NCBI RefSeq assembly: GCF_003918875.1
Contig: NW_025767079.1
Coordinates: forward strand, 5,146,001-5,210,000
DNA: 64,000 bases
Source of the DNA: Haliotis rubra
Taxonomy: Eukaryota
Direction of reading: 5' to 3'
Below, piece after piece: positions 62,349 to 64,000 of the stretch; the first letter of the stretch is position 1; each line of letters opens with the position of its first letter. The translations under genes were made by a program, and so were the position numbers. Below the pieces are notes generated by a model, which did no database searches, was not told where the DNA came from, and worked only from the letters and a program-made list of their open reading frames with translations.

Positions 62349-64000
62349 TTAGTGAAAATTGAAGGTAACGGAAATGTTTCCACGCTCGAGATGAGCATCC
62401 AACCGTGTTGTGGCGGTGGTGGTGCAGTTTTGGGGATCAGCAGAAATTCTGGGATTCTTTGCAACTATGTCGGAAACAAGGGCCTTCTGGGCGTCATTGC
62501 TTCTTTTGTAGGTTCGCACAGCACTCCTATGATCTGAAGAAAAGATATTTGCCATCTGTGTAAAGTAGTACAAAAATGGACGATTTATTCCTGCCAAACA
62601 CATCGTACGTACTACTTACTGTAAACAGAAATTCATTAAACTTTACCAGTGTGTTCACAAATAAGTTGTTACTCAACATTTGTCTGAAACAACCTCGTCG
62701 CTGCGGTTGCTCTAAGAGAATGGTTCGTCTTACGACCTTCTATGCCTCCCTGACTGCATATTCTTTTCAGTGTTCTGCAAAGTATTATGTCCCACCGGAA
62801 CATCCAGGTACCACACTGTATCATCCTTCGGCCTCTTCACCGGCGTGAAATAGAACGCATCCTGGATTGGAAGGGAGACTAACATTTTACAGAAATATAT
62901 ATTAATTGTATTTCTAAATGTATCATATATTCATGTATTTATATTTACACTTATGTTTGTATTCATTTATTTATTCGTTATCATTATTATTATTATTATT
63001 TACACTTAACACAGCGACTTGTACTTTTGGTAAAGTCGGACGTAACATCTCGTTGAATCATCATTTTCGTAGGCTCGAACTACTTTAGGTTTAAGTTTCC
63101 TCTGGGTCATTCCTCCCGGGTTAGTTTTAGACACATCTTCCGTGTAACACAGATAATGTCGGCCGCCTGTGTCCTGATGTAGGCCAGTGATCTGAGGGTT
63201 GCTATGCAACCGGAGGCTTCGGCGTTCTTTACCTCCGCGTAACGCAAAATGTAGTCCTGTAAAAAGTAAATGTTTGATTACAAACTAAACAGAAGGAAAA
63301 TTAAAGCTGAGCTGATTTGAATTTCTTTTTGATAAATAGGATACAGGATTGTTTTTGAATGGAGTGCGCGCACCCGAAATACCCCCTCCCCTCGGTTCCG
63401 TGCTTGTATTAATATGTATTGATATACACGTATAGTTACAGAAATTGTTACTCACCTGTCAAATAAAGAACAGTATCAAGGAGCTGTTGGGGATTTTCTT
63501 CTCCTAGAATCCCTTTCTCCCAAAGGCGTTGCCCCTCCTCCTCCGATATTATCTCCGTGTGTTTACATACAGACGTCCCGAACCCGGCAGCAGACCTTTC
63601 TCTCATTGCGGCATCGAGCGCTTTTCTACACTCAGCAAACTCATCATGTTCGAACAAACCTTTCCTTGATCCAGACATTTTCACTGCAGAGGACAAAGCC
63701 GCAAACAAGCCATACAGAGTACTTGATAGGTAAGGAGTAACGTCCACTTTTCTGGTTTCGAAAATGAAGTACATGTATTTCATTGCCGTGTTAACTTCAG
63801 CTGGCGTCATATCCACTAAGTTAGTTTACAGACATCCACATGAGAGGGCAATATTATCCTTCATGGGCCGTTGACAGCGCTCCTTCTGCCAGCGACTGAA
63901 CACAGACAACGCCCAGTCGTTTTTGTATTTAGTTCCTTTAGGTACGCAAAGCTTCAGTTTTTCGTTTTCTCTTCATCGTCATTGTCACTTTCTCCCCGGA
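62349..64000 (-). mobile_element. Crypton-type (DUF3504-like) tyrosine recombinase pseudogene with introns; runs off the window
   Basis: Exon blocks: ..LWEKGILGEENPQQLLDTVLYLT|gtgagt (63456), GLHFALRGGKE..SKTNPGG (from 63256), DAFYFTP..WY..PVGHNTL..TNHSLRATAATRLF, and G|HRSAVRTYKR. The catalytic R / HxxR / H / Y set is visible. An in-frame TAA near 62670 and frameshifts are present. Confidence 0.82.

Overview
This is AT-rich, intron-containing animal DNA, not prokaryotic. The SINE landscape with (CACT)n tails suggests a gastropod mollusc such as abalone (inference). Reconstructing splice sites by eye gives seven plausible intact genes. (1) Three tandem two-exon paralogues (12346-14033, 19267-21224, 25013-27199), each encoding only a signal peptide plus one enlarged kringle domain (114-115 aa). 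The ORF track shows only fragments of these, and they are the best candidate for an undescribed system. (2) A polypeptide GalNAc-transferase with a single-exon CDS, lying on the opposite strand between kringle genes 1 and 2. (3) A three-exon secreted protein with a furin site, a 24-nt micro-exon and three 4-Cys CBM14/peritrophin-like domains. (4) A Toll-like receptor with a probable 18-nt first coding exon and a BB-loop Pro->Val change. (5) An intronless class A GPCR convergent with the TLR. Upstream of the TLR lies the remnant of a tandem duplication that kept a dead TLR exon 1 and the GPCR 3' end but lacks the TLR body. The rest is at least three SINE families, LINE and Tc1/mariner fossils, MITEs, a Penelope-like hammerhead motif, minisatellites and a spliced Crypton-type tyrosine recombinase pseudogene. 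All calls are from sequence inspection only, and repeat boundaries are approximate unless TSDs are quoted.
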